64,000 nucleotides of DNA. It comes from Clostridia bacterium. GTDB lineage: Bacteria; Bacillota; Clostridia; Saccharofermentanales; UBA5734. The notes under the pieces were generated by a model, which was not told the DNA's origin, searched no databases, and saw only the letters and a program-made list of their open reading frames with translations. The DNA is taken from contig JAXGXR010000002.1 of assembly GCA_040772725.1 (NCBI GenBank), forward strand, positions 559,217-623,216. The letters run 5' to 3'. How positions within the stretch are numbered: the stretch's first letter is position 1; every line of letters starts with the position of its first letter. Position numbers and translations under genes: made by a program. Shown piece by piece: positions 55,591 to 64,000 of this stretch.

Positions 55591-56466
55591 ATGAAAATTG
55601 ACACTTACCGGATCACGGATGGCGATTCTTTTTCCATTCGGAAATTCCCCACAAAGGACGATGGGGGACTTGAGCGTTACGGGGAGGCAGACCTGGCGCT
55701 GGAAAAAAACATCGAGGAACTGGCCCGCCTGCAGGACATGCTGTATGCGCACAACCAGTATGGCATCCTCCTGGTGCTTCAGGCCATGGATGCCGCCGGC
55801 AAGGACGGCGCGATCAAGCATGTCATGAGAGGCCTCAATCCGCAGGGCGTCCAGGTCAAGCCCTTCAAGGTCCCCTCGGCGGAAGAGACGGACCATGACT
55901 ACCTCTGGCGTTGCCAGCCCCATCTGCCGGCCAGGGGAAACATTGCCATTTTCAACCGTTCGTACTATGAAGATGTACTGGTGGTCAAAGTCCATCAGCT
56001 GCTGGAGGAGCAGAACCTGCCGGATCAGCTGATCAGTCCGAAAGTCTGGAAGGAACGGTATCGGCAATTGCGCGACTATGAACGTTACCTGACGGAAAAC
56101 GGCATTGTCGTCGTCAAGATTTTCCTGCATGTTTCGAAAAAAAAGCAGGAGAAGCGACTGCTGGAGCGGATCGACAATCCGGACAAGAACTGGAAATTTT
56201 CCGGTGGCGATGTCCATGAACGCAAGTATTGGGAGCAGTACATGGACGCATATGAGGAAATGATCCGGGGCACCGCGACAAAAGACGCCCCCTGGCATAT
56301 CGTCCCGGCTGACCGGAAGTGGTTTTCGAGGCTTCTGGTGTCGGAGATCCTGGTGAAAACATTGAAAAACCTGCCACTGGCTTATCCGGAACTGGATCCT
56401 GAAACGAAAAGTTCTCTTGCCGAATATCGACAAATGCTTGTCGATGAACCGTCAGACCGTTCCTGA
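55591..56466 (+). CDS. ppk2: Polyphosphate kinase 2-family protein
   Basis: Contains LLVLQAMDAAGKDGAIKHVM (Walker A-like), HDYLWR and IFNRSYYEDVLVVKV. Confidence 0.85.
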   Translation: MKIDTYRITDGDSFSIRKFPTKDDGGLERYGEADLALEKNIEELARLQDMLYAHNQYGILLVLQAMDAAGKDGAIKHVMRGLNPQGVQVKPFKVPSAEETDHDYLWRCQPHLPARGNIAIFNRSYYEDVLVVKVHQLLEEQNLPDQLISPKVWKERYRQLRDYERYLTENGIVVVKIFLHVSKKKQEKRLLERIDNPDKNWKFSGGDVHERKYWEQYMDAYEEMIRGTATKDAPWHIVPADRKWFSRLLVSEILVKTLKNLPLAYPELDPETKSSLAEYRQMLVDEPSDRS

Positions 56467-56476
56467 TGCCCGGCTG

Positions 56477-56520
56477 ATTGATTGAAACAGCCAGACGGAT
56501 AGCCTATAATGTCAATCAAT
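56477..56520 (+). promoter_or_regulatory. Promoter TTGAAA-N17-TATAAT bracketed by a 9-bp inverted repeat
   Basis: The -35 is at 56482..56487 and the -10 at 56505..56510. ATTGATTGA (56477..56485) and TCAATCAAT (56512..56520) are perfect reverse complements. Confidence 0.55.
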
Positions 56521-56645
56521 GACAGCCCGCTCTCTGAGAGACCCATTCTGAAATTCATCCTGTGCCAGACAGAGCGATTGCAATATTCATCTGGATGTAT
56601 AAATGACTTTGTCCTTGATAAACGGATGATAAGGAAGAGCCTTGC

Positions 56646-58100
56646 ATGATGGCAAAACAGGAACAGCCCGAGAAAGCGATCGAGTCCGAGCAGGAACTGT
56701 TGCGGTCAACCATTTTATCGATCGCGGACGGCATCATCGCCGTTGACAGCAATGAGCGAATTTTCCTCATCAACCACATGGCTCAGACCCTGACGGGCTG
56801 GTCTTTGCAGGAAGCCCAGGGCCGACCGTTCCACGAGGTTTACCGGATTGTCGACGAACGGACCCGGCAAACATTGGCAGATCCGTTGCATGATCTGCTG
56901 AACGGATCGAAAGACAGTCGCACCGCGCAGACCTTGCTGATCAGTCGGGAGGGTGATGAACTCCCGGTCTCCGGCAGCATGGCGCCGATCCGTCTTGAGG
57001 ATGGGACGACCCGTGGCTATGTCCTGGCATTTCGGGATGTCTCTGATGAAAGGACCCGGCAAAAGGCGATCGAATATCTAAGTTATCATGATCAATTGAC
57101 CGGTCTTTACAATCGGCACTTTTTTGAAGCCGAGAAAAAAAGGCTGGACACATCCCGCAATCTGCCACTCGCGATCATCATGGCGGATGTCGATGGTCTC
57201 AAGACGATGAACGATGCCTATGGGCATGCCGCCGGCGACCTGCTGCTCAAGCATGCTGCCGATGTCCTCAAGAGCCACTGCCGTGAGGATGACATCATCG
57301 CGCGTCTGGGCGGAGACGAGTTTGTCCTTCTGCTGCCGCATACCGACCAGGTCAGCGCGGAGGCAATTGTCCGCCGTATCCGTGAAGGCTGCGATAAAGT
57401 GGTCATCCAGTCAGAATCGTTGTCGATTTCGTTCGGTGTCGATGTCAAGACACAGCCGGAACGCTCAATCGATGAGGTCATGAAGCATGCCGAGGATCAC
57501 ATGTACCGGAACAAGCTTCTGGAAAGTCCGAACATGCGAAGCAGCCGGATCCAGACGATCATCCAGACTCTTTACGAGACCCATCCGGGGGAACGCGACC
57601 ATGCCGACCGGGTCAGTCACTTGAGTGTCCTGCTGGGCAAAGCCATCCGGCTGAGTGACACGGACCTCAATGACCTTCGGATCGTAAGCCTGCTGCATGA
57701 CATCGGCAAGATCAATATCGACCGTGAGATCCTTCAAAAAATGGGTCCGCTGACCGAGAAGGAGCTCGATGTGGTCCGACGTCATCCTGAAACCGGGCAT
57801 CGGATCCTCAGCACGGTGCACGCGCTGGCAAATCTGTCGAACCTGATCCTGGCCCATCATGAACGCTGGGATGGAGGCGGATATCCGCGAGGACTCAGAG
57901 GGGAAGAGATCCCGCTGGCCTCCCGGATCATCGCGATCACGGAGGCTTGCGATGCCTACAGCATTCGTCATGGGATTTCTGATCCCACCAAGGACCCGAT
58001 CGTGGCCGAGGAGATCCGTCGAAATGCCGGCACCCAATTCGATCCGGAATTGGCGGAAATATTTGTCCGGGCGGTCCTGATGAATCCTCTTTCTGCCTGA
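56646..58100 (+). CDS. PAS sensor - GGDEF diguanylate cyclase - HD-GYP phosphodiesterase
   Basis: The PAS region includes ILSIADGIIAVD. The GGDEF motif is ARLGGDEFVLLL. The HD motif is LLHDIGK. The GYP motif is HHERWDGGGYPRG. Confidence 0.9.
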   Translation: MMAKQEQPEKAIESEQELLRSTILSIADGIIAVDSNERIFLINHMAQTLTGWSLQEAQGRPFHEVYRIVDERTRQTLADPLHDLLNGSKDSRTAQTLLISREGDELPVSGSMAPIRLEDGTTRGYVLAFRDVSDERTRQKAIEYLSYHDQLTGLYNRHFFEAEKKRLDTSRNLPLAIIMADVDGLKTMNDAYGHAAGDLLLKHAADVLKSHCREDDIIARLGGDEFVLLLPHTDQVSAEAIVRRIREGCDKVVIQSESLSISFGVDVKTQPERSIDEVMKHAEDHMYRNKLLESPNMRSSRIQTIIQTLYETHPGERDHADRVSHLSVLLGKAIRLSDTDLNDLRIVSLLHDIGKINIDREILQKMGPLTEKELDVVRRHPETGHRILSTVHALANLSNLILAHHERWDGGGYPRGLRGEEIPLASRIIAITEACDAYSIRHGISDPTKDPIVAEEIRRNAGTQFDPELAEIFVRAVLMNPLSA

Positions 58101-58245
58101 ATAGACGTAGTTTTTGGTTAAAATGGATAAATTGAGATTCCAAACGAAACAAAAATACAGTATTTCAGCCGTTTGTATGCGAGTTGAAGGTTTATTATAA
58201 TACCTGATGGGCAGACGAATAGGGCTGCCGCATGGAGGATTGAAA

Positions 58246-58590
58246 ATGAACGTGAAAATTGGACGTAAAGTATATGATACAGATAAATCAAGACTGGTCG
58301 CTCAGAGAGCGCTCAGCTGCTACGGAGACCCGGCCGGGTTTGAAGAGCGCTTGTATGCAAAAGCCAAGGACGATTATTTCCTGTTCGGTCAGGGTGGCGA
58401 AACATCTGCTTATCCCCAGCCTTCCATCGTTGCGGTGACGGTTGACCAGGCCCGCGACTGGCTGTTGGCATACGCGGGCGAGGAAGCGGCCGCGGTTGAA
58501 TTTGCGGCTCCGGCTGTCCCGGCTGCCAAGAAGTCGACTGCCAAGAGCGCTCTGAAGACCACCGCGAAGAAGCCTTCGAAAAAGGCCTGA
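58246..58590 (+). CDS. Hypothetical small protein with a Lys/Ala-rich (histone-H1-like) tail
   Basis: RBS ggagg precedes ATG 58246. The upstream promoter is TTGTAT-N17-TATAAT. The C-terminus is PAAKKSTAKSALKTTAKKPSKKA. Confidence 0.5.
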   Translation: MNVKIGRKVYDTDKSRLVAQRALSCYGDPAGFEERLYAKAKDDYFLFGQGGETSAYPQPSIVAVTVDQARDWLLAYAGEEAAAVEFAAPAVPAAKKSTAKSALKTTAKKPSKKA

Positions 58591-58598
58591 TTCATCAT

Positions 58599-59981
58599 TC
58601 AGGCGCGGTTCTCTGGTCGGAAGCTGTTGATGAAGCGTTTGCGCTTGCGATTTCCTTCCGGCAAGGGAATGGGTGATATGTGCATGGTCAGTTGGCAATC
58701 GATGCCGAAGTTGTCTAGCTCATGCGAAAAGCGTTTCTTAAGCCGATTGCGGATATCGGCTGCATCCGGATGAGTCATGTTTTCCGGCTTTTCAGCATCC
58801 AGTTCGCCAAGGTCCAGCGTGACCGTCAGGTGATCCGGACCGTCCTGTTCGACGGTGAATTCACGGATCCGGTCATCGGTTGTGATGATCCAGCGGCTGA
58901 CCAGGTCAGGATAGACTGGCCTCGGGCCGCCTGATCGGGTCTGCAGATGCAGTACATCGTCGTTTCGCCCGATGACTCGGCCCAGGACCCTGAACCGGCT
59001 GCCGCATGGGCAAGGCTCGCCCAGTTCGACGATGTCGTTCATCTCATAGCGGATCAGGGGCTGGACATGGTTGACCAGATTGGTGACCAGCATCCGGTCG
59101 CACCGTTGACCCGGCTCATTTGGCGCGGGCTGACCTTTGGCGTCCAGCAATTCGAGATAGACCAGATCTTCATTGACATGTAGACTGCCATGACGGCATG
59201 GGCTGGCTATCTGGCCCTCACTGGCCTGGTAGATCTCGACGACTTCAGTGCGGAAAGCCTTGGCGAAACGCTCCTTTTCCAGCGGATCGAGCACTTCGGC
59301 GTAGGTGACGATCCGACGGATCGGCGCATTCAGTTTATTCTGGAAAGGGGTCAACTGGCGCAAGAAGGAGGGCGGAGCCATCAGGATGTTGGCCTGCATC
59401 TCGTTGCAGATCTCGACGATCGATGATGGTTCGGTCATGCTGGACCGGTAGTGAAGCCGGATGCCGGGGGCGTTGATGTCGTCGAACCCTTGGCTGAATA
59501 CGCGCAGGATGAACAGGATTCGCAGCGGCAAGTCTGAAAGCCTGACTCCACCCCGGGCCAGGAACACGCCCGGCAGGCGTTTTGTCAGTTCGCGAGGCGT
59601 GACATAGATGCCTTTATTGCCGCTCGTGCCGCTGGAAAGCCCTATGACGTAACGGTCCTGGAAATAGCCCAGGTAGTCCTGCGCCAGCTCTTTTCGCACG
59701 GCGAAGTCCATCACATCCGCAAGATGCAGACCGGCCGTGTTCAACTGATCGAAGTTAGCCATCATCACGGATTTGTCGATGGTGGGAAGACGCGAAAAAT
59801 CGTCCAGTGAATCGATGGTGAACCCCGAATACAACTTTTGGTAGAAGGGGCTTTCCCGACGGACCTCACTGACTAGGCCCAGGACGGCGCGCGTTTGCCA
59901 TCGCCGGATCTGATCCGTTGAAAAATGGTACAGGTGACGGTTCAGCGTCGTGTAGTCAAGCAGGCTGCGCAGGATGCCCAT
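58599..59981 (-). CDS. Adenylate-forming enzyme (F390 synthetase-related / PaaK-LuxE-like)
   Basis: The AMP-binding P-loop is SSGTSGNKGIYV. Also contains YQASEG. The 460-aa ORF overlaps the upstream gene by 26 nt. Confidence 0.65.
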   Translation of the reverse strand: MGILRSLLDYTTLNRHLYHFSTDQIRRWQTRAVLGLVSEVRRESPFYQKLYSGFTIDSLDDFSRLPTIDKSVMMANFDQLNTAGLHLADVMDFAVRKELAQDYLGYFQDRYVIGLSSGTSGNKGIYVTPRELTKRLPGVFLARGGVRLSDLPLRILFILRVFSQGFDDINAPGIRLHYRSSMTEPSSIVEICNEMQANILMAPPSFLRQLTPFQNKLNAPIRRIVTYAEVLDPLEKERFAKAFRTEVVEIYQASEGQIASPCRHGSLHVNEDLVYLELLDAKGQPAPNEPGQRCDRMLVTNLVNHVQPLIRYEMNDIVELGEPCPCGSRFRVLGRVIGRNDDVLHLQTRSGGPRPVYPDLVSRWIITTDDRIREFTVEQDGPDHLTVTLDLGELDAEKPENMTHPDAADIRNRLKKRFSHELDNFGIDCQLTMHISPIPLPEGNRKRKRFINSFRPENRA

Positions 59982-61230
59982 GGTCGCCTCTGCCCAGTTT
60001 CAGGGCTTTGCTGCTGGCATGTCCGAATCGGGTGACAATTCGGACATACAACGATTCGATCGTACCTGCGTACCGGAACCGTTCCCAGATCATCAAGAGC
60101 AGCCCCCAGAAAACCGCCAGGCTCGCCCCAAACAGCAACGATCCGGCGATGTCGAATCGCATGGCGGGGAAGAGGGCTTTCAAAGCGCGCCAGGCGATCG
60201 CCGCGACGACGCTCTCCCAGAAGAACGCGGTCAGGCCGGCCCGGCTGAAACGGCAGAAGAAAAGGGTCAACTGGTTGGGTGTCCGATGGGATCCGGATTG
60301 ATCGAACAGGCGGATGGCTGCCATGAAAATCAGGATGAACAGCCCAAACTGCGTGATCATGATGCTGTACCACTTCAGGTCGATTGCCCGTTGCAGCATG
60401 GTGTCCGGGAGGAGGATGTAAAGCGCCGCTCCGATCGTGAGCAGCACCAGGCCGAGCCATCGGGCCGGCCTCAACGACCGATCGCGTTCCAGCAAAAGCC
60501 CGAGCCAGGATCCCAGAAGCCCGAATGCGAAAAAGGGCAGGATGGGGTTGTTCTTGTTGACCAGACCATTCAGGAGGATCACCCACCCCCAATTCCCGCT
60601 TTCCAGATGATCGAGAAGGACCGGGTACAGCGGCAGGCGAAGCAGGGACAGCAGCATGACCCCACCAGCCATGGCCAGGACAATGGTTGGCTTCAAGTGG
60701 CCAACCTTGGCCAGCACCAGCCAGACCAGGGTGAGCAGCAGGATGTTGGTGCCGATCATGACGAGGCTGTCGATATACAGGATTCGATCAAGACTGAAAC
60801 CAGCCCAACGGCCGCTTTGGATCCATTCGACCAGAACGCTGTTGTCCATGCGCTGGTTTTCGAAATCGGACAGCCCCGGACCGGTGAACATGAAATAGAC
60901 ATAAGCCGTCAACAGAATGAAAAGTCCGGATGTCACTTTTTTGATGGCAATCTTGCGCAGGGTCCAGCCTGGCCTGCGCAGCAGCCGCTCGATGCCGATG
61001 CCATGCACCGCGCCGCTGATGATCGCGAACAGACCGGCAAACATCAGGAGGAAACCGATGATCGTGATGACCGGCGGCGGATTGGCCAGGTCGAGCGTCC
61101 AGAGCCCGTCATAGTAATAAAACGCCGAATGCAGGATCAGCAGCCCAAAAATGCCGCCGCCCCGGATCACATCCAGTCCGAGCCAGATTCGTTCCGGCCG
61201 TGGCTCGTATTTATCCATGGGGCAGGTCAT
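59956..61230 (-). CDS. Multi-pass membrane protein, acyltransferase-like (DUF1624 / heparan N-acetyltransferase-like)
   Basis: The N-terminus RIWLGLDVIRGGGIFGLLILHSAF is the family hallmark R..lD..RG....H. About 10 TM segments are present. The start is 61230 or 61218. Confidence 0.6.
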   Translation of the reverse strand: MTCPMDKYEPRPERIWLGLDVIRGGGIFGLLILHSAFYYYDGLWTLDLANPPPVITIIGFLLMFAGLFAIISGAVHGIGIERLLRRPGWTLRKIAIKKVTSGLFILLTAYVYFMFTGPGLSDFENQRMDNSVLVEWIQSGRWAGFSLDRILYIDSLVMIGTNILLLTLVWLVLAKVGHLKPTIVLAMAGGVMLLSLLRLPLYPVLLDHLESGNWGWVILLNGLVNKNNPILPFFAFGLLGSWLGLLLERDRSLRPARWLGLVLLTIGAALYILLPDTMLQRAIDLKWYSIMITQFGLFILIFMAAIRLFDQSGSHRTPNQLTLFFCRFSRAGLTAFFWESVVAAIAWRALKALFPAMRFDIAGSLLFGASLAVFWGLLLMIWERFRYAGTIESLYVRIVTRFGHASSKALKLGRGDHGHPAQPA

Positions 61231-62071
61231 GGAGCGGGTCGGGATGATCCCTGAACCAGCGGATCAGACGACCGGAAATGCTGACCGTGTTGGGGATCTC
61301 GGGCAGGTGCTCGCGGTAGAACCAGTCCGCATGCTCGATCTCCACGCCGTCGACCCGCAGCTCCCCACTGTCATATTCACCAAAAAAGCCGACCATGAGG
61401 GAATCGGGAAAGGGCCAGGGCTGGCTTGCGAAATAATGGATGTTCTTGATCCGGATGCCGACCTCTTCAAACACCTCCCGGCGGGCGGTGTCCTCGAATT
61501 CTTCACCTGGCTCCATGAAACCGGCCAGGACAGAGTACAGGCCCGGTTTGAAATTCCTGTTGTGCGCCAGAAGTATCTGGTCGTCCCGGATGATGGCGAT
61601 GATGATCGCCGGTGAAATCCGCGGGTAGATCACATTGCCGCAGGTGTCGCACTTCTTGGCCCGCTCGTCCTCCTTCATCCGGGTCGGCGCGCCGCAACGC
61701 CCACAATACCGGCTCAGTCGATCCCAATGCAGGATTTGTGACGCGCGGCCGGCGAGCATGAAGACCTCTTCGTCCACAAGTGAGCCGAACGCACGCAGGT
61801 TGAGGAATTCATAGCCCTCGGGCGGCTCGGCGTCAGACGGAACACTGACGCAATAACAGCCGTCGTGGTCGAGTTGGCCCAGATAATGGCGGTATTCCGG
61901 CTCAATGTTGAAATACTCCAGGATGTCCTGGTCGGGTATTTCAGGTGTGTTCGCGACAGTCCGGGTCAGGATCTGGTCCTTGCGGAAAACGAACCATCGT
62001 GCCGTGTTCGGATCAGGTGTTGACGGGATGTAGCCGGGGGTGTACCGCGTGTAGATGCTTCTTCCGTGCAT
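61211..62071 (-). CDS. nudC: NAD(H) pyrophosphatase / NAD-cap decapping Nudix hydrolase
   Basis: The Zn ribbon is CGRCGAPT...CDTCGN. The Nudix box is GFMEPGEEFEDTARREVFEEVGI. Confidence 0.88.
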   Translation of the reverse strand: MHGRSIYTRYTPGYIPSTPDPNTARWFVFRKDQILTRTVANTPEIPDQDILEYFNIEPEYRHYLGQLDHDGCYCVSVPSDAEPPEGYEFLNLRAFGSLVDEEVFMLAGRASQILHWDRLSRYCGRCGAPTRMKEDERAKKCDTCGNVIYPRISPAIIIAIIRDDQILLAHNRNFKPGLYSVLAGFMEPGEEFEDTARREVFEEVGIRIKNIHYFASQPWPFPDSLMVGFFGEYDSGELRVDGVEIEHADWFYREHLPEIPNTVSISGRLIRWFRDHPDPLHDLPHG

Positions 62072-62099
62072 GGAATGGTTGAACTCCTTTATTGCTCGT

Positions 62100-64000
62100 T
62101 CAGTCGATTTTTTTCAGGACGGTGGCTGTCCGGCAAGGACTGTAAATCAGGAACCCCTTGAAATCCGGGTGCGATGGCAGTTTTGCCGTCTCATAGACCG
62201 GGTCGTGCGCGATGCGTCCCTGTCCGCCGAAACGGGGTTCGTCCGTGTCCAGAACCACCTGGAACCGGCCATCCTCGTGGATAGGCAGCTCGAACGCGGA
62301 ATAGGACTCAGTCGGATGGAAGTTGAACAGGAAAACGTGGTTCTTCTTGCGGAAGGCGATGACCTTGCGGTCCTGGTCCAGCCAGAGCGGCTGCGGAATG
62401 CCCCCGCCCATCAGTGATTCCGAAGTCATGAGACCGATCATCGCGATGTCGAAATTTTTCAGGTCGGCGTACCGCAGGTAGGGACTGTCGGCAAGACTCC
62501 ACAGCCGCTGGCAATGCTTGAAGCTCCATCCGTTGCCTTCGCGCGGGAAGTCGATCCATTCGGGATGCCCGAATTCATTGCCCATGAAATTGAGATAGCC
62601 CTCGCACCCAAGCGAAATGGTGACGAACCGTGCCATTTTATGCAGGGCGATCGCCCGTTCGATCTCCAGGCTCTGGCTGTCTTTGTTCATGTGCCAGTAC
62701 ATTTCCTTGTCAGCCATCCGGAAGATCAGGGTCTTGTCACCGACCAGCGCCTGGTCATGGGATTCGACGTAATTGACGCGCTTTTCACCGGGTCGGCTGG
62801 TGGACAGCTCATGCCAGAGCTTGTGCATGTTCCAGTCGTCATCCTTGAGCTTGAGTGTGTTGACCCAAAAATCCGGCACGCCCATGGACAGCCGGAAATC
62901 GAAGCCGATGCCGCCGTCTTCCATCGGCAGGCACATACCGGGCATGCCGCTCATGTCTTCAGCGATACTGACCGAGTCCGGCCGGATCTCCTTGATCAGT
63001 TCGTTGGCGAGCTGCAGGTAGGTGAGCGCGTCGATGTCCGTGTTCATGCTGAAATATTTGCCATAGTCGGTGAAGGCCGTGCCCAGGCCATGGTCGAGAT
63101 AGATCATGGAGGTCACGCCATCAAAACGGAAACCATCGAAGTGGAATTCCTCCAGCCAGTATTTGATCGAAGACAGCAGGAAATGGATGACCTCATGCTT
63201 GCCGTAGTTGAACAGCTTGGAGTCCCAGGCGCTCTGGTCGCCACGGGGACCGGCGTGGAAAAACTGGTCGTTGGTGCCATCAAACGCGTTGATCCCTTCT
63301 GCGAAATTTTTGACGGCATGGGACTGGACGATGTCCATCAAGACGCAAAGGCCAAGCGCATGCGCCCGGTCGATGAGATACTTGAGGTCGTCCGGGGTGC
63401 CAAACCAGGAGGACGCGGCGAAGTAATTCGAGACATGGTAGCCGAATGAGGCGTAATATGGATGCTCCATGATCGCCATGATCTGGACCGTGTTGTAGCC
63501 CAGGCTTTTCACCCGGGGCAGGATGTTGTCGGCAAATTCGCGGTAGGTGCCGATGGCTTCCCTTTCCTGAGCCATGCCGACATGCGTCTCATAAATCAGG
63601 GGCGCCTGTCCGGGCGGAACACGAAAATCGCCGTCGGTCCAGGGGAAGGGCTGTGAAGGCGCCCAGATCTGCCCGCTGAAATCATGCGTCTGGGGATCCT
63701 GGACCACTTTGTGGATATAAAGGGGGATGCGGTCGCGCTCGATGCCGCCGTGACGGACCGTCACCTTGACACGGGACTGGTGTGAAAGCGCATCCTGACC
63801 CGGGATGAAAATCTCCCACACACCGCCGTCCTTGCGGGTCAGCGGATGAGATGAGCGGTTCCACTGGTTGAAATCGCCGATCAGATGGAGGGATTCCGCA
63901 GCCGGCGCCCATTCCCGATAAAACCATCCGTTGTCGACTTTGTGAAAACCAAAGTAATGATGTCCGTTGGCGAAACTGGAGAGTGACTGACTGCCCCCCA
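62100..64000 (-). CDS. glgB: 1,4-alpha-glucan branching enzyme (GH13), 5'-partial (continues past the window end)
   Basis: Contains DIVQSHAV, GFRFDGVTSM, IAEDMSGMPG and YVESHDQ. The frame stays open upstream of the GTG at 63821 (..GFHKVDNGWFYREWAPAAESLHLIGDFNQW..). Confidence 0.88.
   Translation of the reverse strand, partial: GGSQSLSSFANGHHYFGFHKVDNGWFYREWAPAAESLHLIGDFNQWNRSSHPLTRKDGGVWEIFIPGQDALSHQSRVKVTVRHGGIERDRIPLYIHKVVQDPQTHDFSGQIWAPSQPFPWTDGDFRVPPGQAPLIYETHVGMAQEREAIGTYREFADNILPRVKSLGYNTVQIMAIMEHPYYASFGYHVSNYFAASSWFGTPDDLKYLIDRAHALGLCVLMDIVQSHAVKNFAEGINAFDGTNDQFFHAGPRGDQSAWDSKLFNYGKHEVIHFLLSSIKYWLEEFHFDGFRFDGVTSMIYLDHGLGTAFTDYGKYFSMNTDIDALTYLQLANELIKEIRPDSVSIAEDMSGMPGMCLPMEDGGIGFDFRLSMGVPDFWVNTLKLKDDDWNMHKLWHELSTSRPGEKRVNYVESHDQALVGDKTLIFRMADKEMYWHMNKDSQSLEIERAIALHKMARFVTISLGCEGYLNFMGNEFGHPEWIDFPREGNGWSFKHCQRLWSLADSPYLRYADLKNFDIAMIGLMTSESLMGGGIPQPLWLDQDRKVIAFRKKNHVFLFNFHPTESYSAFELPIHEDGRFQVVLDTDEPRFGGQGRIAHDPVYETAKLPSHPDFKGFLIYSPCRTATVLKKID

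Overview
This 64-kb window comes from a high-G+C Firmicutes/Clostridia-like chromosome, judging by its FabK-type fab/acc cluster, greA-lysS pair and Maff2/PcfB/CD1112-type conjugation genes. No rRNA or CRISPR array is present.

**Left ~14.7 kb (88..14663).** This stretch has visibly lower G+C and is a decayed integrative conjugative element (ICE).
- It sits in the anticodon loop of a host tRNA-Ser(CGA). The two halves of that tRNA lie at 37..94 and 14664..14695.
- It carries an HTH/Xis-like gene, an XRE regulator with a membrane partner, parA/parB, a replication initiator, DUF3846, an AbiEi/AbiEii module, PcfB, a VirD4-type coupling protein, Maff2 and a truncated VirB6-like gene.
- A high-G+C IS21 element (istA/istB) without target duplication joins the truncated VirB6-like gene to the last 72 codons of a tyrosine integrase.
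- Next to the integrase stub is a complete, different tRNA-Ser(CGA). It is followed by two 191-bp tandem units that each repeat a tRNA 5' half and the 7-nt core TTTCGAG.
- I read this as two related ICEs, each carrying its own replacement tRNA. One landed in the other's tRNA, and a later deletion collapsed the pair.

**Immediately outside the element.**
- A consensus promoter is left orphaned upstream of the dead tRNA half.
- A ~210-nt region has nested long-range complementarity and is a possible structured RNA.
- A translationally coupled gene pair (15086..18006) encodes a 3-TM protein with a long coiled-coil tail and a soluble protein with EH-signature-like motifs. This is a possible minimal Zorya-like module and the best candidate here for an undescribed system.

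**Remainder: core genes.**
- Metabolism and information processing: M29 aminopeptidase, fabD/fabH-fabK-fabG-fabF-accB-fabZ-accC and a fused accD-accA, M24 peptidase, pyrG, guaB-like, greA, lysS, rsuA-like.
- An Smr, orphan response regulator, UDG and VanZ run.
- A PBP5-type carboxypeptidase, lyxose isomerase, a DsrE-like gene, the liv ABC operon and tRNA-Gln.
- An IS30-family element with a 13-bp direct repeat.
- htrA, tauE, rlmI-like and a four-domain CoA-disulfide reductase-rhodanese-TusA-DsrE fusion.
- ppk2, a PAS-GGDEF-HD-GYP protein, a nudC/acyltransferase/adenylate-forming operon and a 5'-partial glgB.
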